A stretch of DNA of 64,000 bases, taken from contig JAYNIM010000007.1 in NCBI GenBank assembly GCA_038109055.1, forward strand, positions 5,923 through 69,922. The letters run 5' to 3'. Source of the stretch: a bacterium (lineage in GTDB: Bacteria > Margulisbacteria > Marinamargulisbacteria > GCA-2716485 > JAYNIM01). Made by a program: the position numbers and the translations under genes. Below, one piece after another: positions 8,358 to 19,806 of the stretch (position 1 is its first letter; the number at the start of each line of letters is the position of its first letter). The notes beneath the pieces are model-generated. The model was not told the DNA's origin. It did not search any database and worked only from the letters and a program-made list of their open reading frames with translations.

Positions 8358-9794
8358 TCACCCCACCGTATTTTCTAATTTTAAGCTCATTAACTGGGTC
8401 GCTTCAACAGCAAATTCAGTTGGTAATACATCAAATACATCTTTACAAAAACCATTTACAATCGTTGTAATAGCATCTTCAGTCGTAATACCGCGTTGCT
8501 GAAAATAAAACAACTGTTCATCTGTCACCTTCACAATCGCTGCCTCATGGCCAACTTCAGACGATCCATTACGTACATCAATATAAGGATAGGTATTCGC
8601 TGCACATGTATCTCCTAGCAACATAGAATCACACTGTGTAAAATTAGAGGCATTTTTAGCCGATTTATTCATCTGTACTAAGCCCCTATATGTATTTGAG
8701 GAGGTCCCAGCAGAAATCCCCTTAGACACAATGGTACTTTTGGTATTTTTACCAATATGGACCATTTTAGAGCCCGTATCCGCCTGCTGCTGATGATTGG
8801 TCAATGCCACCGAATAAAACTCTCCTACCGACTCATCCCCAATCAAGACACAAGAGGGATACTTCCAGGTAATCGCCGACCCAGTTTCAATTTGAGTCCA
8901 TGAAATTTTAGACGCTTTCCCCAAACACTTTCCCCGTTTGGTCACAAAATTATAAATCCCCCCCTTACCCGTTTTCGGATCACCTGCATACCAATTTTGA
9001 ACCGTTGAATACTTAATTTCAGCCTTATCTAACGCCACCAATTCCACCACAGCTGCATGCAATTGATTGGTATCAAACATCGGTGCTGTACATCCTTCCA
9101 AATAACTCACATAGGCATTATCTTCACAGATAATTAATGTACGTTCAAACTGTCCAACAGACTCCGTATTAATCCTAAAATACGTTGATAATTCCATAGG
9201 ACAAATCGTATCCTTAGGCACAAAAACAAAAGAACCATCTGAAAAAACAGCCGAATTTAAGGCAGCATAATAATTATCCGTAAATGGAACAACAGACCCT
9301 AAATATTGTTTAATCAAATCAGGATACTTTTCAACAGCTTCGGAAATAGAACAAAAAACAACCCCATGCTTTAACAATTTATCTTTATAGGTCGTTGCAA
9401 CAGAGACACTATCAAAAATAGCATCCACTGCCACACCTGCCAACTTTTTTTGCTCTACCAAGGGTATCCCAAGTTTTTCAAATGTGCGCTTCAATTCTGG
9501 ATCTACATCATCCATACTATTCAATTTTTTCTTTTGTTTAGGTTCTGCATAATAATGAATAGTCTGAAAATCAATCTCTGGATAATGTAACAGAGACCAA
9601 TCAGGCTCTTCCATTTTTTTCCAATGGTCAAAGGCCTTCAATCTAAATTTCAACATAAAATCAGGCTCTTTCTTTTTCTTAGAAATTAAACGAACAATAT
9701 CTTCATTAAGGCCCATTGGAGCTTTTTCTGTTTCAATTTCGGTTTTAAAACCAAATTCATATTCTTTATTTGCAATTTCTTTAAAATTGGTCAT
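8358..9794 (-). CDS. sufB: Fe-S cluster assembly protein SufB
   Basis: [48 protein letters not shown]. Confidence 0.98.
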   Translation of the reverse strand: MTNFKEIANKEYEFGFKTEIETEKAPMGLNEDIVRLISKKKKEPDFMLKFRLKAFDHWKKMEEPDWSLLHYPEIDFQTIHYYAEPKQKKKLNSMDDVDPELKRTFEKLGIPLVEQKKLAGVAVDAIFDSVSVATTYKDKLLKHGVVFCSISEAVEKYPDLIKQYLGSVVPFTDNYYAALNSAVFSDGSFVFVPKDTICPMELSTYFRINTESVGQFERTLIICEDNAYVSYLEGCTAPMFDTNQLHAAVVELVALDKAEIKYSTVQNWYAGDPKTGKGGIYNFVTKRGKCLGKASKISWTQIETGSAITWKYPSCVLIGDESVGEFYSVALTNHQQQADTGSKMVHIGKNTKSTIVSKGISAGTSSNTYRGLVQMNKSAKNASNFTQCDSMLLGDTCAANTYPYIDVRNGSSEVGHEAAIVKVTDEQLFYFQQRGITTEDAITTIVNGFCKDVFDVLPTEFAVEATQLMSLKLENTVG

Positions 9795-9879
9795 ATATGC
9801 GCTACCTCAAAAAAAACATTCTAAATCAGTATATAAAGGAAATCAACTAAAGGAACAAAAGAAAATGAAAATTAACCAA

Positions 9880-10071
9880 CTAAATCCCTAAAGTACGACG
9901 CATAAGTTCATCAACAGAATAGGACGAAGACTGATCATTCGAATTAGGAGCCCGTTCTACAATATCATCAACAGGTGTAGAAAAAAAACTCTCCTCATCA
10001 GTGTCTAACAGCCGTCTTGATTTCTTTCTACGTCTATCATCATGTCGTACGCTTCTAACAGATCCTACCAT
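9880..10071 (-). CDS. Small hypothetical protein (63 aa)
   Basis: Fills the lpdA-sufB gap on the same strand; basic N-terminus, acidic middle. Confidence 0.55.
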   Translation of the reverse strand: MVGSVRSVRHDDRRRKKSRRLLDTDEESFFSTPVDDIVERAPNSNDQSSSYSVDELMRRTLGI

Positions 10072-10119
10072 AAAAATATTCTAATATATTTAGATTTTTA
10101 TAGCAATATAAAAAAATTT

Positions 10120-11532
10120 TTAAGTTTTTGCCAAAATATGGGTAGAAAAACCAAGTGCAGACTCAGCAGCCTCCATCAATGTTTCCGACAAGGTTGGATG
10201 GGGATGAATCGTCAAGGCTAGATCATCAATACTTAATCCAGATTCAACAGCCAACACAGCCTCTGACACCAAATGACTCGCAAAAGCACCTACAAACCCA
10301 ACCCCTAAAATACGCTCAGACTTTGCATCATAAATAACTTTAGTTAAACCATCCGTGCGCCCCAAAGCCAAGGCTTTTCCTGAAGCCGCCCAATTAAAAC
10401 GTCCCACTTTATAATCAACATCTCTTTCCTTCGCCTCTTTCTCCGTTAATCCACACCAAGCAATTTCTGGGTCCGTAAACACCACAGCCGGTATAACACT
10501 ATCAGCCAAGGGAACTGGAGTTTCTCCCAATATAGCATCCACAGCAATCCGAGCTTCTTTGCTAGCTTTATGCGCCAACATAACACCCCCAACCACATCT
10601 CCAATAGCATATATATGGGGAACAGAGGTCTGCTGAAACTGATTCACTCTAATAAACGAACGGTCATCAAGATCTACACCCGCATGGTTCAATCCTAAGT
10701 TAGCAGTTAAGGGAGAACGTCCAACCGACACCAACACCTTGTCATAAGATGCTTTCCACTGCTTATCCCCCTGTATAAAAGATGCTTCAATCTGCTTACT
10801 TTTAGTCGCCAAAGACAGTATTTTTGTATCAAAATAAACATCATCAAACTTCTTTTTAACAGACGCAAGTAAAGGGCGTAATAATTCAGTATCAAATCCT
10901 CCCAAAAGCGTATCTGCTGCCTCTACAACAGAAACACGAGACTTTAAACTCGCATAAACCATGCCCAATTCTAAGCCAATATATCCCCCTCCAATCACCA
11001 ATAAAGAGTCAGGGATATCCTGAATATCCAACGCCTCTTTTGACGTCATAATACGGGAATTACCTAAATCAAAGGCCGCAGGCATAGTAGGTGTAGACCC
11101 TACTGCAATAATTGCCTGCTTAAATGACAACATTTGCTGTCCAGAACTCGTCTCAACACGCAAGGTATTTGAATCTTCAAAAAACCCCTTTCCCTGAAGA
11201 ACCTCGACCTTACGGCCCTTAGCTAACTGTGAAACCCCCTGCCCCAATTGCTGAATAATGGCATCTTTCTTAACACGCATAACATCTAAATCAATTTTAG
11301 GCTTCACAAATTTAATGCCAAAATCCTTTGCTTCAGCCGCCTGATCTATAAGATGAGTCGCATGAATCAAGGCCTTAGAGGGAATACACCCCTCATTCAA
11401 ACAAACACCCCCCAAACGCTCTCCTTTATCAACTAACAAAACACTCAACCCACGATCAGCAGCATAAAAAGCCGCTGCATACCCTCCAGGGCCTGCTCCC
11501 AATACAACTAAATCCACACTACGCTGATCCAT
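10120..11532 (-). CDS. lpdA: Dihydrolipoyl dehydrogenase (E3)
   Basis: GAGPGGY, GGVCLNEGCIPSK, HPHPTLSE. Confidence 0.98.
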   Translation of the reverse strand: MDQRSVDLVVLGAGPGGYAAAFYAADRGLSVLLVDKGERLGGVCLNEGCIPSKALIHATHLIDQAAEAKDFGIKFVKPKIDLDVMRVKKDAIIQQLGQGVSQLAKGRKVEVLQGKGFFEDSNTLRVETSSGQQMLSFKQAIIAVGSTPTMPAAFDLGNSRIMTSKEALDIQDIPDSLLVIGGGYIGLELGMVYASLKSRVSVVEAADTLLGGFDTELLRPLLASVKKKFDDVYFDTKILSLATKSKQIEASFIQGDKQWKASYDKVLVSVGRSPLTANLGLNHAGVDLDDRSFIRVNQFQQTSVPHIYAIGDVVGGVMLAHKASKEARIAVDAILGETPVPLADSVIPAVVFTDPEIAWCGLTEKEAKERDVDYKVGRFNWAASGKALALGRTDGLTKVIYDAKSERILGVGFVGAFASHLVSEAVLAVESGLSIDDLALTIHPHPTLSETLMEAAESALGFSTHILAKT

Positions 11533-12877
11533 CTAACGCTTCCTCCAAAATAGTTTCATCAAACGCCGCCAAGGAGTCTGTTAAATACGCCATAAAACGT
11601 GCCGCATCTGCACCATCAATCACACGATGATCATAAGACAAAGCCAACGGCAATATATCATGTTTAACCAAACGCTTATCTTCAGGAACAATCCTAATAT
11701 CGGATCGTCCAAGACCTAATATAGCCACCTCAGGCACATTCACAATCGGTGTAAACGGTCCCACACCAAAACTACCCAAATTAGAAATAGTAAACGTTCC
11801 TCCCTGCAATTCATCCATACTCAACGAACGAGCACGTGCTTTTTCTGCTAAAGAAACAACATCTTTAGAGACGTCCAACAAAGTTTTCTGATCTACATTT
11901 TTCAAAACAGGTACAATCAAACCAGCTTCTGTATCAACAGCTACACCAAAATGATAATAGTCTTTTAAAATAGTCACATGACGCTCTGAATCAAAACTAC
12001 TATTAAAGACAGGAAATTCTTTTAAGGCCTTAGTCAACACATAAAACAACATGACCATAACCGTTAATTTTCCACCTTGATCCTGAAATTTACCCTTATA
12101 TTTCTGACGCAGTTTCAATAACTCCGTAATATCTGCATCCGCAAATTGCGTCACATGAGGAACAGTTGTCCAAGACGATGACATCTTTTCACCAATTTTC
12201 TTTCTCAAGGATGTTAAAGGCACTTCCTTAATAGGTCCCCAAGTAGAAAAATCAGGTAACGTCACTACAGCGGCTTTCGTTGCATCCGTCTTCGACCCAG
12301 CCGCCTGATCAGGTATAGCTACCGGCTGACTTGGCTGTTGTAAACGAACTAAATACTGTTGAACATCCTCCAGTAAAATCCGCCCCCCTTTTCCTGTTCC
12401 AGGAATAATATTAAGATTTAATCCTAATAAGGTTGCTGCTTTTCGTATACCTGCAGATGTTGGAACAGGCAACCCACTGTTATGATCTTGATAAACAGTC
12501 TGTTCCGCTAAAATCGACGGCAAAACAGAAGGAGATGGGGTCACTGGAGGAACCGTAGGTAACGTCGTTTGAAGAGTCGCTACCACACCCTCTGAACTAG
12601 GAGTATCTAAATCACTATTGGCTGTTACAACCTCTGTCTCAGATTCAGCAGATGCTAGATCACATACAAGAAGACCTGTCTGAACAGTATCACCTTCCTT
12701 AACATGAAGTTTTATAAGTTTGCCTGCTCGAGTTGCAGGAATAGGCGCGACAGCCTTATCTGTTTCAACCTCTAAAAGAGTTTGATCTTTTTCAATCATA
12801 TCTCCCTCAGCAACCAAAACTGACAACACCTGAGCAGATGCAACACCATCACCCAAATTTGGAACTTTAATTTGCAT
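11519..12877 (-). CDS. aceF: Dihydrolipoamide acetyltransferase (PDH E2), single lipoyl domain
   Basis: ETDKA lipoyl motif, GTGKGGRI binding domain, YDHRVIDGA catalytic motif; between aceE and lpdA. Confidence 0.95.
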   Translation of the reverse strand: MQIKVPNLGDGVASAQVLSVLVAEGDMIEKDQTLLEVETDKAVAPIPATRAGKLIKLHVKEGDTVQTGLLVCDLASAESETEVVTANSDLDTPSSEGVVATLQTTLPTVPPVTPSPSVLPSILAEQTVYQDHNSGLPVPTSAGIRKAATLLGLNLNIIPGTGKGGRILLEDVQQYLVRLQQPSQPVAIPDQAAGSKTDATKAAVVTLPDFSTWGPIKEVPLTSLRKKIGEKMSSSWTTVPHVTQFADADITELLKLRQKYKGKFQDQGGKLTVMVMLFYVLTKALKEFPVFNSSFDSERHVTILKDYYHFGVAVDTEAGLIVPVLKNVDQKTLLDVSKDVVSLAEKARARSLSMDELQGGTFTISNLGSFGVGPFTPIVNVPEVAILGLGRSDIRIVPEDKRLVKHDILPLALSYDHRVIDGADAARFMAYLTDSLAAFDETILEEALDGSA

Positions 12878-12885
12878 TTATCACC

Positions 12886-15564
12886 TCATTTAGAACACAC
12901 CGGATATACTTTTTCCGGATCTACTTTTAATGTTTGTATTGCCTCTTGAACAACGGTCATTTCAAGTTGATTTTTAGACGCTAATTGATATAAAACCGCC
13001 ACTACAATATATCTATCATCCACCTCAAAAAAATCACGTAAAGCATCTCTAGAGTCACTTCTGCCAAACCCATCCGTCCCCAAGGAAAATAACCCACCAG
13101 GAACCCATGAGGTAATTTGATCCGAAACTAAACGCATATAATCACTAACAGCAACAAATATACCTTCTTCGGATGATAAAAGTGTCTCTAAATAAGACAA
13201 ACGAGGTTTATTTTCAGGATGTAACATATTATAACGTTGACAATCAATGGCCTCTCGCCGTAAACAGTTATAACTAGTAGCAGACCATATATCTACCGAT
13301 ATATCATAATTAGTTTGAATATAGTCACAGGCTTTAACTGCAGCTAACATCATCATCCCACTAGCAAAAATATGTGCCTTTAAAGATTTTTTTTGTGAAG
13401 ATGCTTGATATTTATAAAGACCTTTTACAATCCCCTCATCAACACCTTTAGGCATTGCTGGCATATGTCGATTTTCATTACCTACCGTAAGATAATAAAA
13501 CACATGCTCATTATTCTGGTACATACGTTTTAAGCCATGTTGAACAATTACAGTAAGTTCATACAAAAAAGCAGGATCATACGTAATTAAACTTGGAACC
13601 GTACTTGCTAATAAATGACTATGACCATCCTGATGCTGTAAACCTTCGCCATTCAAAGTTGTCCGACCTGCTGTACCACCCACTAAAAAACCTTTACAAC
13701 GCATATCACCAGCCAACCACGCTAAATCACCAATACGTTGAAATCCAAACATAGAATAATAAATATAAAATGGCAACATAGGCTGCCCATGCGTCACATA
13801 AGAAGTCCCCGCAGCAATAAAAGAAGCCATTGAACCAGCCTCATTAATCCCCTCTTCTAACACTTGGCCATCCTTTTCTTCACGATAATATAAAAGGGAA
13901 TGACTATCTACAGGTTCATACAACTGTCCTTTAGATGAATAAATCCCAACTTGCCTAAAAAGTGACTCCATTCCAAAGGTCCGAGCTTCATCAGGTATAA
14001 TAGGCACAACAAACTTACCAATCTCTTTGTGTCTCAATAATTTTGTCAAAACACGTACAAAAGCAGTAGTCGTAGAAAGAGAACTACTCCCTGAGTCAAC
14101 AAGCAAATCTGAAAAATAATCAAGGTCAGGAATAGCTAAAGTTTGATGACTCTCTTTACGCTCGGGTAAAAATCCTCCCAACGCTTTCCTCTGAGCCATA
14201 CAATACTGAAATTCTTTGCTATTCACAGGACGATAAAATGGCGCATTAACAACATCTTCGTCACTAATAGGAATACCTAAACGTTCAAGATAAACACGTA
14301 GTTCCTTTTCATTCATTTTTTTCTGATTGTGGGAAATATTTTTTCCTTCCCCCGCTTCACCAAGCCCATATCCTTTAACAGACTTAGCCAATACCACCAC
14401 CGGTTTGCCTTTATATTCTACAGCCTCTTTATACGCTGCATAAATTTTCTTAGGATCATGCCCACCCCTAGCCAATTGTTTAATCTCATCATCAGACAAA
14501 TGACTCACCAATTGTAATAATTCTGGATATTTACCAAAAAAATGTTTCCTCATATAGCTTCCAGGTTCTACAACATATTTTTGATAATCTCCATCTACCA
14601 CTTCCGCCATACGCCGCAACAACAATGGCGCTGATTTAGACGACAACAATGAATCCCAGTTAGATCCCCAAATAACTTTTATCACATGCCAACCTGCCCC
14701 CATAAATACCGCTTCTAACTCTTGAATAATTTTCCCATTTCCACGCACAGGCCCATCTAAGCGCTGCAGATTACAATTCACCACAAAAATTAAATTATCT
14801 AACTTCTCACGCGATGCCAGCGTCAATGCACCTAAAGTCTCCGGTTCATCACTCTCTCCATCTCCCAAAAAGGCCCATACATTAGGATCCCGATCAATCA
14901 CGCCACGATGCTGCAAATAACGATTAAAACGCGCCTGATAAATAGCTGTAATAGGCCCCAAGCCCATAGATACTGTTGGAAATTGCCAATAGTCTGGCAT
15001 CAAATACGGATGGGGGTATGAAGACAATCCTCCGCCCTCAGCTAACTCTTGTCTAAAATGATGTAATTTTAATGGGCTCAAACGGCCTTCAAAATAACTA
15101 CGTGCATAATTACCAGGTGACGCATGACCTTGAAAATACACCTGATCAGCACAAAACCCCTCTCCATTTCCTTTAAAAAAATGATTAAACCCTACTTCAT
15201 ATAAATCTGCACAAGACGCATAGGTAGAGATATGCCCACCAATACCATCATTATTTCGATTGGCCTTAACAACCATGGCCATGGCATTCCATCGATGAAT
15301 ATTCGTCAAACGTGATTCAATAGCAAGATCGCCAGGATATTCAGGCTGTTGCTCTAACGGTATGGAATTCGCATAAGCGGTATTTGGCCTTAAGGGAATA
15401 TCATCATAACGCTGACAAATCTGATGCAAACGATTAACAAAGGCCGTAACATCTGAATCCTTCAAGGTTTTTAATAAATACTCGACAGAATCCAGCGTTC
15501 GCTGTAATTCAAGCGCCATAAGGGGACTTTCTAATTCTTGTGTATCAGTTTTTTTTATAGTCAT
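12886..15564 (-). CDS. aceE: Pyruvate dehydrogenase E1, homodimeric type
   Basis: GGHISTYAS, FQGHASPG, WQFPTVSMGLGP, GDGESDEPE, EGLQHQDGHS. Confidence 0.98.
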   Translation of the reverse strand: MTIKKTDTQELESPLMALELQRTLDSVEYLLKTLKDSDVTAFVNRLHQICQRYDDIPLRPNTAYANSIPLEQQPEYPGDLAIESRLTNIHRWNAMAMVVKANRNNDGIGGHISTYASCADLYEVGFNHFFKGNGEGFCADQVYFQGHASPGNYARSYFEGRLSPLKLHHFRQELAEGGGLSSYPHPYLMPDYWQFPTVSMGLGPITAIYQARFNRYLQHRGVIDRDPNVWAFLGDGESDEPETLGALTLASREKLDNLIFVVNCNLQRLDGPVRGNGKIIQELEAVFMGAGWHVIKVIWGSNWDSLLSSKSAPLLLRRMAEVVDGDYQKYVVEPGSYMRKHFFGKYPELLQLVSHLSDDEIKQLARGGHDPKKIYAAYKEAVEYKGKPVVVLAKSVKGYGLGEAGEGKNISHNQKKMNEKELRVYLERLGIPISDEDVVNAPFYRPVNSKEFQYCMAQRKALGGFLPERKESHQTLAIPDLDYFSDLLVDSGSSSLSTTTAFVRVLTKLLRHKEIGKFVVPIIPDEARTFGMESLFRQVGIYSSKGQLYEPVDSHSLLYYREEKDGQVLEEGINEAGSMASFIAAGTSYVTHGQPMLPFYIYYSMFGFQRIGDLAWLAGDMRCKGFLVGGTAGRTTLNGEGLQHQDGHSHLLASTVPSLITYDPAFLYELTVIVQHGLKRMYQNNEHVFYYLTVGNENRHMPAMPKGVDEGIVKGLYKYQASSQKKSLKAHIFASGMMMLAAVKACDYIQTNYDISVDIWSATSYNCLRREAIDCQRYNMLHPENKPRLSYLETLLSSEEGIFVAVSDYMRLVSDQITSWVPGGLFSLGTDGFGRSDSRDALRDFFEVDDRYIVVAVLYQLASKNQLEMTVVQEAIQTLKVDPEKVYPVCSK

Positions 15565-15689
15565 AAAGTTTAGTCGAATGATTCATAGAAACTATACAAA
15601 ATCTTAGATAGAACATCAAGATAAAAGAAAAAAAATGTTTAACATACCACAAAACATGGGTAGTATTCCTAATACAAGGGGGAAAATGA

Positions 15690-15866
15690 ATGAAAAATAA
15701 CATAGATCCACATAACGAACCTGAAACTGCAAAAGAAGAAAGTCAAAAAAACAATGGCATACTTCCCATAATAGACAAAGAACATCCCATAAGAAAACAA
15801 AAAGAATTTAAAGTCGTGTTAGAATTTTTTGTCAAAACCATGTACGTTAACCTTGGTTTAAACTAA
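15690..15866 (+). CDS. Small hypothetical protein (58 aa), not in the ORF track
   Basis: MKNNIDPHNEPETAKEESQKNNGILPIIDKEHPIRKQKEFKVVLEFFVKTMYVNLGLN*; AAGGGGG RBS upstream; divergent from aceE. Confidence 0.55.
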   Translation: MKNNIDPHNEPETAKEESQKNNGILPIIDKEHPIRKQKEFKVVLEFFVKTMYVNLGLN

Positions 15867-16680
15867 ACAAAGAATCTCCAATAAAGAGCTTATCCTGCGT
15901 TTTCTTGACACTAGCTATGGTAAAGCCAGGCTTAGGCTGACAAAACAAAATCACCGTTGACCCCAAATGAAAGGTTGCCATATGTTGTCCTTGCGTAAGT
16001 AAAATAGGTGATGGAAACTGATGCATAGAGTAATCCCCATAGGTTGTCGATCGAAATGAATACGGCTCAAAACATACTGTAATAGACCCCACATTAAATG
16101 CCGCCACCATCACCATCACTAACATACAAGAAGGTAAGTCAAAGACCCCAATAACACGTTCATTTTGTGCATACAAACCAGGTACACGTTGCAACCACGG
16201 TTGTCGAACTGGCCAAAAATGTCCTGCAATATGATGAACCGACAGTAATTTGCCTGTTAAAGGAGCATAAATACGATGACAGTCTGTAGGTGCCAAATAC
16301 AAAGTCGCAAAAGTAGCCCCTTCAAATTTTGCCCCCAAATCAGACGGAATCAACTGCGACAACTCATAAGAAAGTCCCTTTGCCTGCAACACTTGTCCTG
16401 ACTGAACAGTCCCCTGACATTGAATCATGGCTTCTACAGGCGAAAAAACACCCACTTGATCATGCACAAAGTCTCCCTCTGCTTCCCGAGTAAAAAAATC
16501 TTGCAAAGAGGGATAAACCTTAATAGAAGTATCTGTATTCAAAGGAGAAAAACGAATACACTTAAAAAAAATAAACTGTAAAAATTTCTGGAGAAAAAAA
16601 GGAAATTTAGTACTAACAAAAAAAGAAACAATCAAACGGTAACAACGATAAAACGAAAACTTAAAAAAAATATCCACCAA
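15847..16680 (-). CDS. psd: Phosphatidylserine decarboxylase proenzyme
   Basis: DFFTR, LQAKG..Y, YLAPTDCHR, NERV, FHLGSTVI self-cleavage motif. Confidence 0.92.
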   Translation of the reverse strand: MVDIFFKFSFYRCYRLIVSFFVSTKFPFFLQKFLQFIFFKCIRFSPLNTDTSIKVYPSLQDFFTREAEGDFVHDQVGVFSPVEAMIQCQGTVQSGQVLQAKGLSYELSQLIPSDLGAKFEGATFATLYLAPTDCHRIYAPLTGKLLSVHHIAGHFWPVRQPWLQRVPGLYAQNERVIGVFDLPSCMLVMVMVAAFNVGSITVCFEPYSFRSTTYGDYSMHQFPSPILLTQGQHMATFHLGSTVILFCQPKPGFTIASVKKTQDKLFIGDSLFSLNQG

Positions 16681-16689
16681 AACCTTTCC

Positions 16690-17019
16690 CTAAGCGTTGT
16701 CTTTAGTGACAGACCCTTTCTTAGAATCCTTAGAAGACGTCCCCGATGCGTTCTTTGCATCTCCAGAAGGGGATTCAGAGCCCTTAGCTCCCTCTGACGT
16801 TGATGAACTAGATGAGGTAGACGAGGTAGTATTTTTATCTGTTCTTTTATCTGTAACATAAAATCCCGACCCCGTAAATTGCGTCGAAATACCTTTGGAA
16901 ATTAAACGCTGCACAGCCCCTCCACAACTAGGACATTTCGTTAAAACAGGGTCCAACATAGACTGCTCTATTTCAAAAACTCGATTCTCTTTTTCACAAC
17001 GATAGTCATATTTAGGCAT
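16690..17019 (-). CDS. FmdB-family zinc-ribbon protein with Ser/Thr-rich tail
   Basis: MPKYDYRC..FE..Q.M.D..LTKCPSCGG...F.GSGFY.TD. Confidence 0.9.
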   Translation of the reverse strand: MPKYDYRCEKENRVFEIEQSMLDPVLTKCPSCGGAVQRLISKGISTQFTGSGFYVTDKRTDKNTTSSTSSSSSTSEGAKGSESPSGDAKNASGTSSKDSKKGSVTKDNA

Positions 17020-17032
17020 AAATCACTCCTCT

Positions 17033-19801
17033 TTATTTACCCACATCCTGCAATAATCCATCTAAATCTTTCATAGACTTACCAAAAGCAGGCCAATCCA
17101 AACGCTTAGCTGCTGCTCGCAAAGAACGGTACTTTTGCTTAACCTTAAGCAACAACGATGTTGCCCCAGCATCCTGAAGCTTATCATCCTCTTTTTTCAA
17201 TGAAGATTGAGAACTTAAAGGTTGATAACCATCACCAAAAACCTGTTCCATACCTCCGTATAACGTTTCAGACATAACAATTTGATCCCCATACGCAAAA
17301 ATAACCCGTTTCAATTCTGGTAATTTACTTTGCGTAGCCTGCAAATAAATAGGTTCAACATATACCAACGAGGTTTCCATAGGGACTACCATCAAATTAC
17401 CACGAATGACACGAGACCCCATCTGTCCCCACAATGTTAATTTTTGCGAAATATCTGTATCTTGATCAATACGCGATTCAATTTGCATAGGCCCATAAAT
17501 AGTCTTATCTTTCGGAAATTTAAATACCTTCAAGCGACCATAATCATCCATATCACACTTAACACTCATCCAAGCAATCATATTATTTTTATTTGTAGGA
17601 TTAAATGGCAACATTTGTATAAAACTTTCTTTATCTTCACCTGGCAATTTTGTCACCATATAATACGCTTTCATAATTTGTTGATTTTCTCCATACTGCT
17701 CCTGAGGCGTCACCCATAAATCTTCACGATTATAAAACACCTGAGGATCCTTCATATGATAGGTACTATAAACTTCCGCCTGAACTGTAAACAAATCTTT
17801 AGGATAACGAATATGATCTAAAACAGACTTTGGCATCTCTGAAAAAGACAAAAACATCTGTTTATACATTTTTTGATAGGTCTGAATAAGAGGATCTTTG
17901 ACATCTGCTACATAAAAACGTGTTTCACCATTATACGCATCAATCGTAACCTTCACAGAATTTCTTATATAATTAAAATGGCCTTTATAGGGCTCAGAAT
18001 AAGGAAAACGCTTTGTCAACGTATACGCATCCAGAACCCATATCATACGTCCTGCCTCATTCACAATCATGTAAGGATCTTGATCAAATACAAGAAATGG
18101 GGCCAAATTACGCACAATCTGACGAATATTACGATCATACATAATTCGACTCTCATCATGAATCAATGACGAGATTAAAATCTTAATATCCGAAAATTTA
18201 ATACTAAAAAATAAGCGCTTTACAAAAGAATCTAAAACAATACCACCCTTTCCTTGATAACGAGTATAAACATTAGCGTCCCCTTTAGGATAATCAAATT
18301 CCTTTTGCTTGGTATTAACGATCACATAGTCATCTGTTTTCTCACCAAAATAAAGTTCTGGCCTCTCTACATTCACATTTACAGATGACTTAGGCGGAAT
18401 ATCTTTAACATAAAATTTAGGCAACCCCTCTTTAGAAATTTCATTCACTGGAGACATACACAATCCATAACCATGTGTATAAACTAAATGCTTATTAATC
18501 CACGTCTGTGCCTGAACTGGTAACTGATTAGGATCCATCTCTCTAGGCGATAACATCACCTGCTGTGGAACCCCATTAATCAAATAACGATCCACATCAA
18601 TATTATAAAATTCATAATACAAACGTATCTCTTGCAATTGAGAAAACGTTTGCTGCAAAGGTTCTTGATTCCATAAACGAACATTATCAATCGTTGTTTT
18701 ATTTGTCTTTAAATTAGCCAAAGTCAAACTCATATCTGCTTCAAAACTTTCCTCTTTAACCTTATCAACCCCATACGCTTTACGAGTAAATTCAATATTA
18801 TTTAAAATATAAGGTTTTTCTTTGACTAATTCATTAGGCGTCACAATATAGTTCTGAACAAACGAAGGAATCAAGGTCGCCCCAACAAAATAAAAAATTA
18901 ATATAACAACCAAAAGAAAAAGCGGTAACACCATACGCTTTACAAACCCTGTAATAAACAAAACAACCGCCAACAATATCACTAAGACCAAGGTAATTTT
19001 TAAAACAGGCAATAAAAAATGTAAGTCCGTATATCCAGCTCCATAAACAACCCCCTGACTAGAATATAATAACTCATAAAAAGATAAATACATCCGCCAG
19101 GAAATTAACAACATCAAACATCCCAACAACGAAAACAAATGTACACGTATAGCACGATATTTCACATTAAAAGAAAAAATAGAAAACAAAACATTTCGTG
19201 TAAAATATTGCCAAACCACAAAAATAAATGATGCCAACCAAAGCAAAAAGCACCAAAGCTGCAAAACATCATAAAAAGGCAAAGAAAACACATAAAAGCC
19301 AATATCCTTAGAAAAAATAGGATCTAACAAAGCAAAATCTGAGCGAAAAAGATACTGATAAAGTCGTTCCCATGAATTTTGGGCAATTAATGCCACTATA
19401 AAGGCAGCGGCAACCAACGATAATTTCAAAACCCACGAATAGGCTTTCGCAGATTGTTTATATAAAGTTGATTTTTCAGCTTTTTCTAAAAATTGCTTAA
19501 TAAAAAAATTTAAAGCAGGAAAGGGTGTCTTAATATCCAAAGAAGATAAAGGCGGAACTTTCCTTGAAAACGAGCTAACCAACAATGCATTCAACCATAA
19601 CCAGGCACTCGCCAATAAGAATGTTCCACAAAACACCTTCCATTTAGCGAAAAAAACAAAGGTCCAAATCTTGGCATACCCTAAATGCTGAAACCACAAA
19701 AAATCAGGATAGAGATTTAATACTGCCTTAAAAGCAGGGACAACTAAAAACGTAAAGGTAAAAAACAAATATAACCATTTTTTATTAAACACAAGCAACA
19801 C
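17033..19801 (-). CDS. UPF0182 family membrane protein
   Basis: LWFQHLGY, DIGFYVF.LP, GAGYTD, NVRLW, QLQEIRLYY.F..IDVDRY, NYIRNSVK; true start may be the GTG at 19792. Confidence 0.95.
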   Translation of the reverse strand: MLLVFNKKWLYLFFTFTFLVVPAFKAVLNLYPDFLWFQHLGYAKIWTFVFFAKWKVFCGTFLLASAWLWLNALLVSSFSRKVPPLSSLDIKTPFPALNFFIKQFLEKAEKSTLYKQSAKAYSWVLKLSLVAAAFIVALIAQNSWERLYQYLFRSDFALLDPIFSKDIGFYVFSLPFYDVLQLWCFLLWLASFIFVVWQYFTRNVLFSIFSFNVKYRAIRVHLFSLLGCLMLLISWRMYLSFYELLYSSQGVVYGAGYTDLHFLLPVLKITLVLVILLAVVLFITGFVKRMVLPLFLLVVILIFYFVGATLIPSFVQNYIVTPNELVKEKPYILNNIEFTRKAYGVDKVKEESFEADMSLTLANLKTNKTTIDNVRLWNQEPLQQTFSQLQEIRLYYEFYNIDVDRYLINGVPQQVMLSPREMDPNQLPVQAQTWINKHLVYTHGYGLCMSPVNEISKEGLPKFYVKDIPPKSSVNVNVERPELYFGEKTDDYVIVNTKQKEFDYPKGDANVYTRYQGKGGIVLDSFVKRLFFSIKFSDIKILISSLIHDESRIMYDRNIRQIVRNLAPFLVFDQDPYMIVNEAGRMIWVLDAYTLTKRFPYSEPYKGHFNYIRNSVKVTIDAYNGETRFYVADVKDPLIQTYQKMYKQMFLSFSEMPKSVLDHIRYPKDLFTVQAEVYSTYHMKDPQVFYNREDLWVTPQEQYGENQQIMKAYYMVTKLPGEDKESFIQMLPFNPTNKNNMIAWMSVKCDMDDYGRLKVFKFPKDKTIYGPMQIESRIDQDTDISQKLTLWGQMGSRVIRGNLMVVPMETSLVYVEPIYLQATQSKLPELKRVIFAYGDQIVMSETLYGGMEQVFGDGYQPLSSQSSLKKEDDKLQDAGATSLLLKVKQKYRSLRAAAKRLDWPAFGKSMKDLDGLLQDVGK

Positions 19802-19806
19802 CCTTT

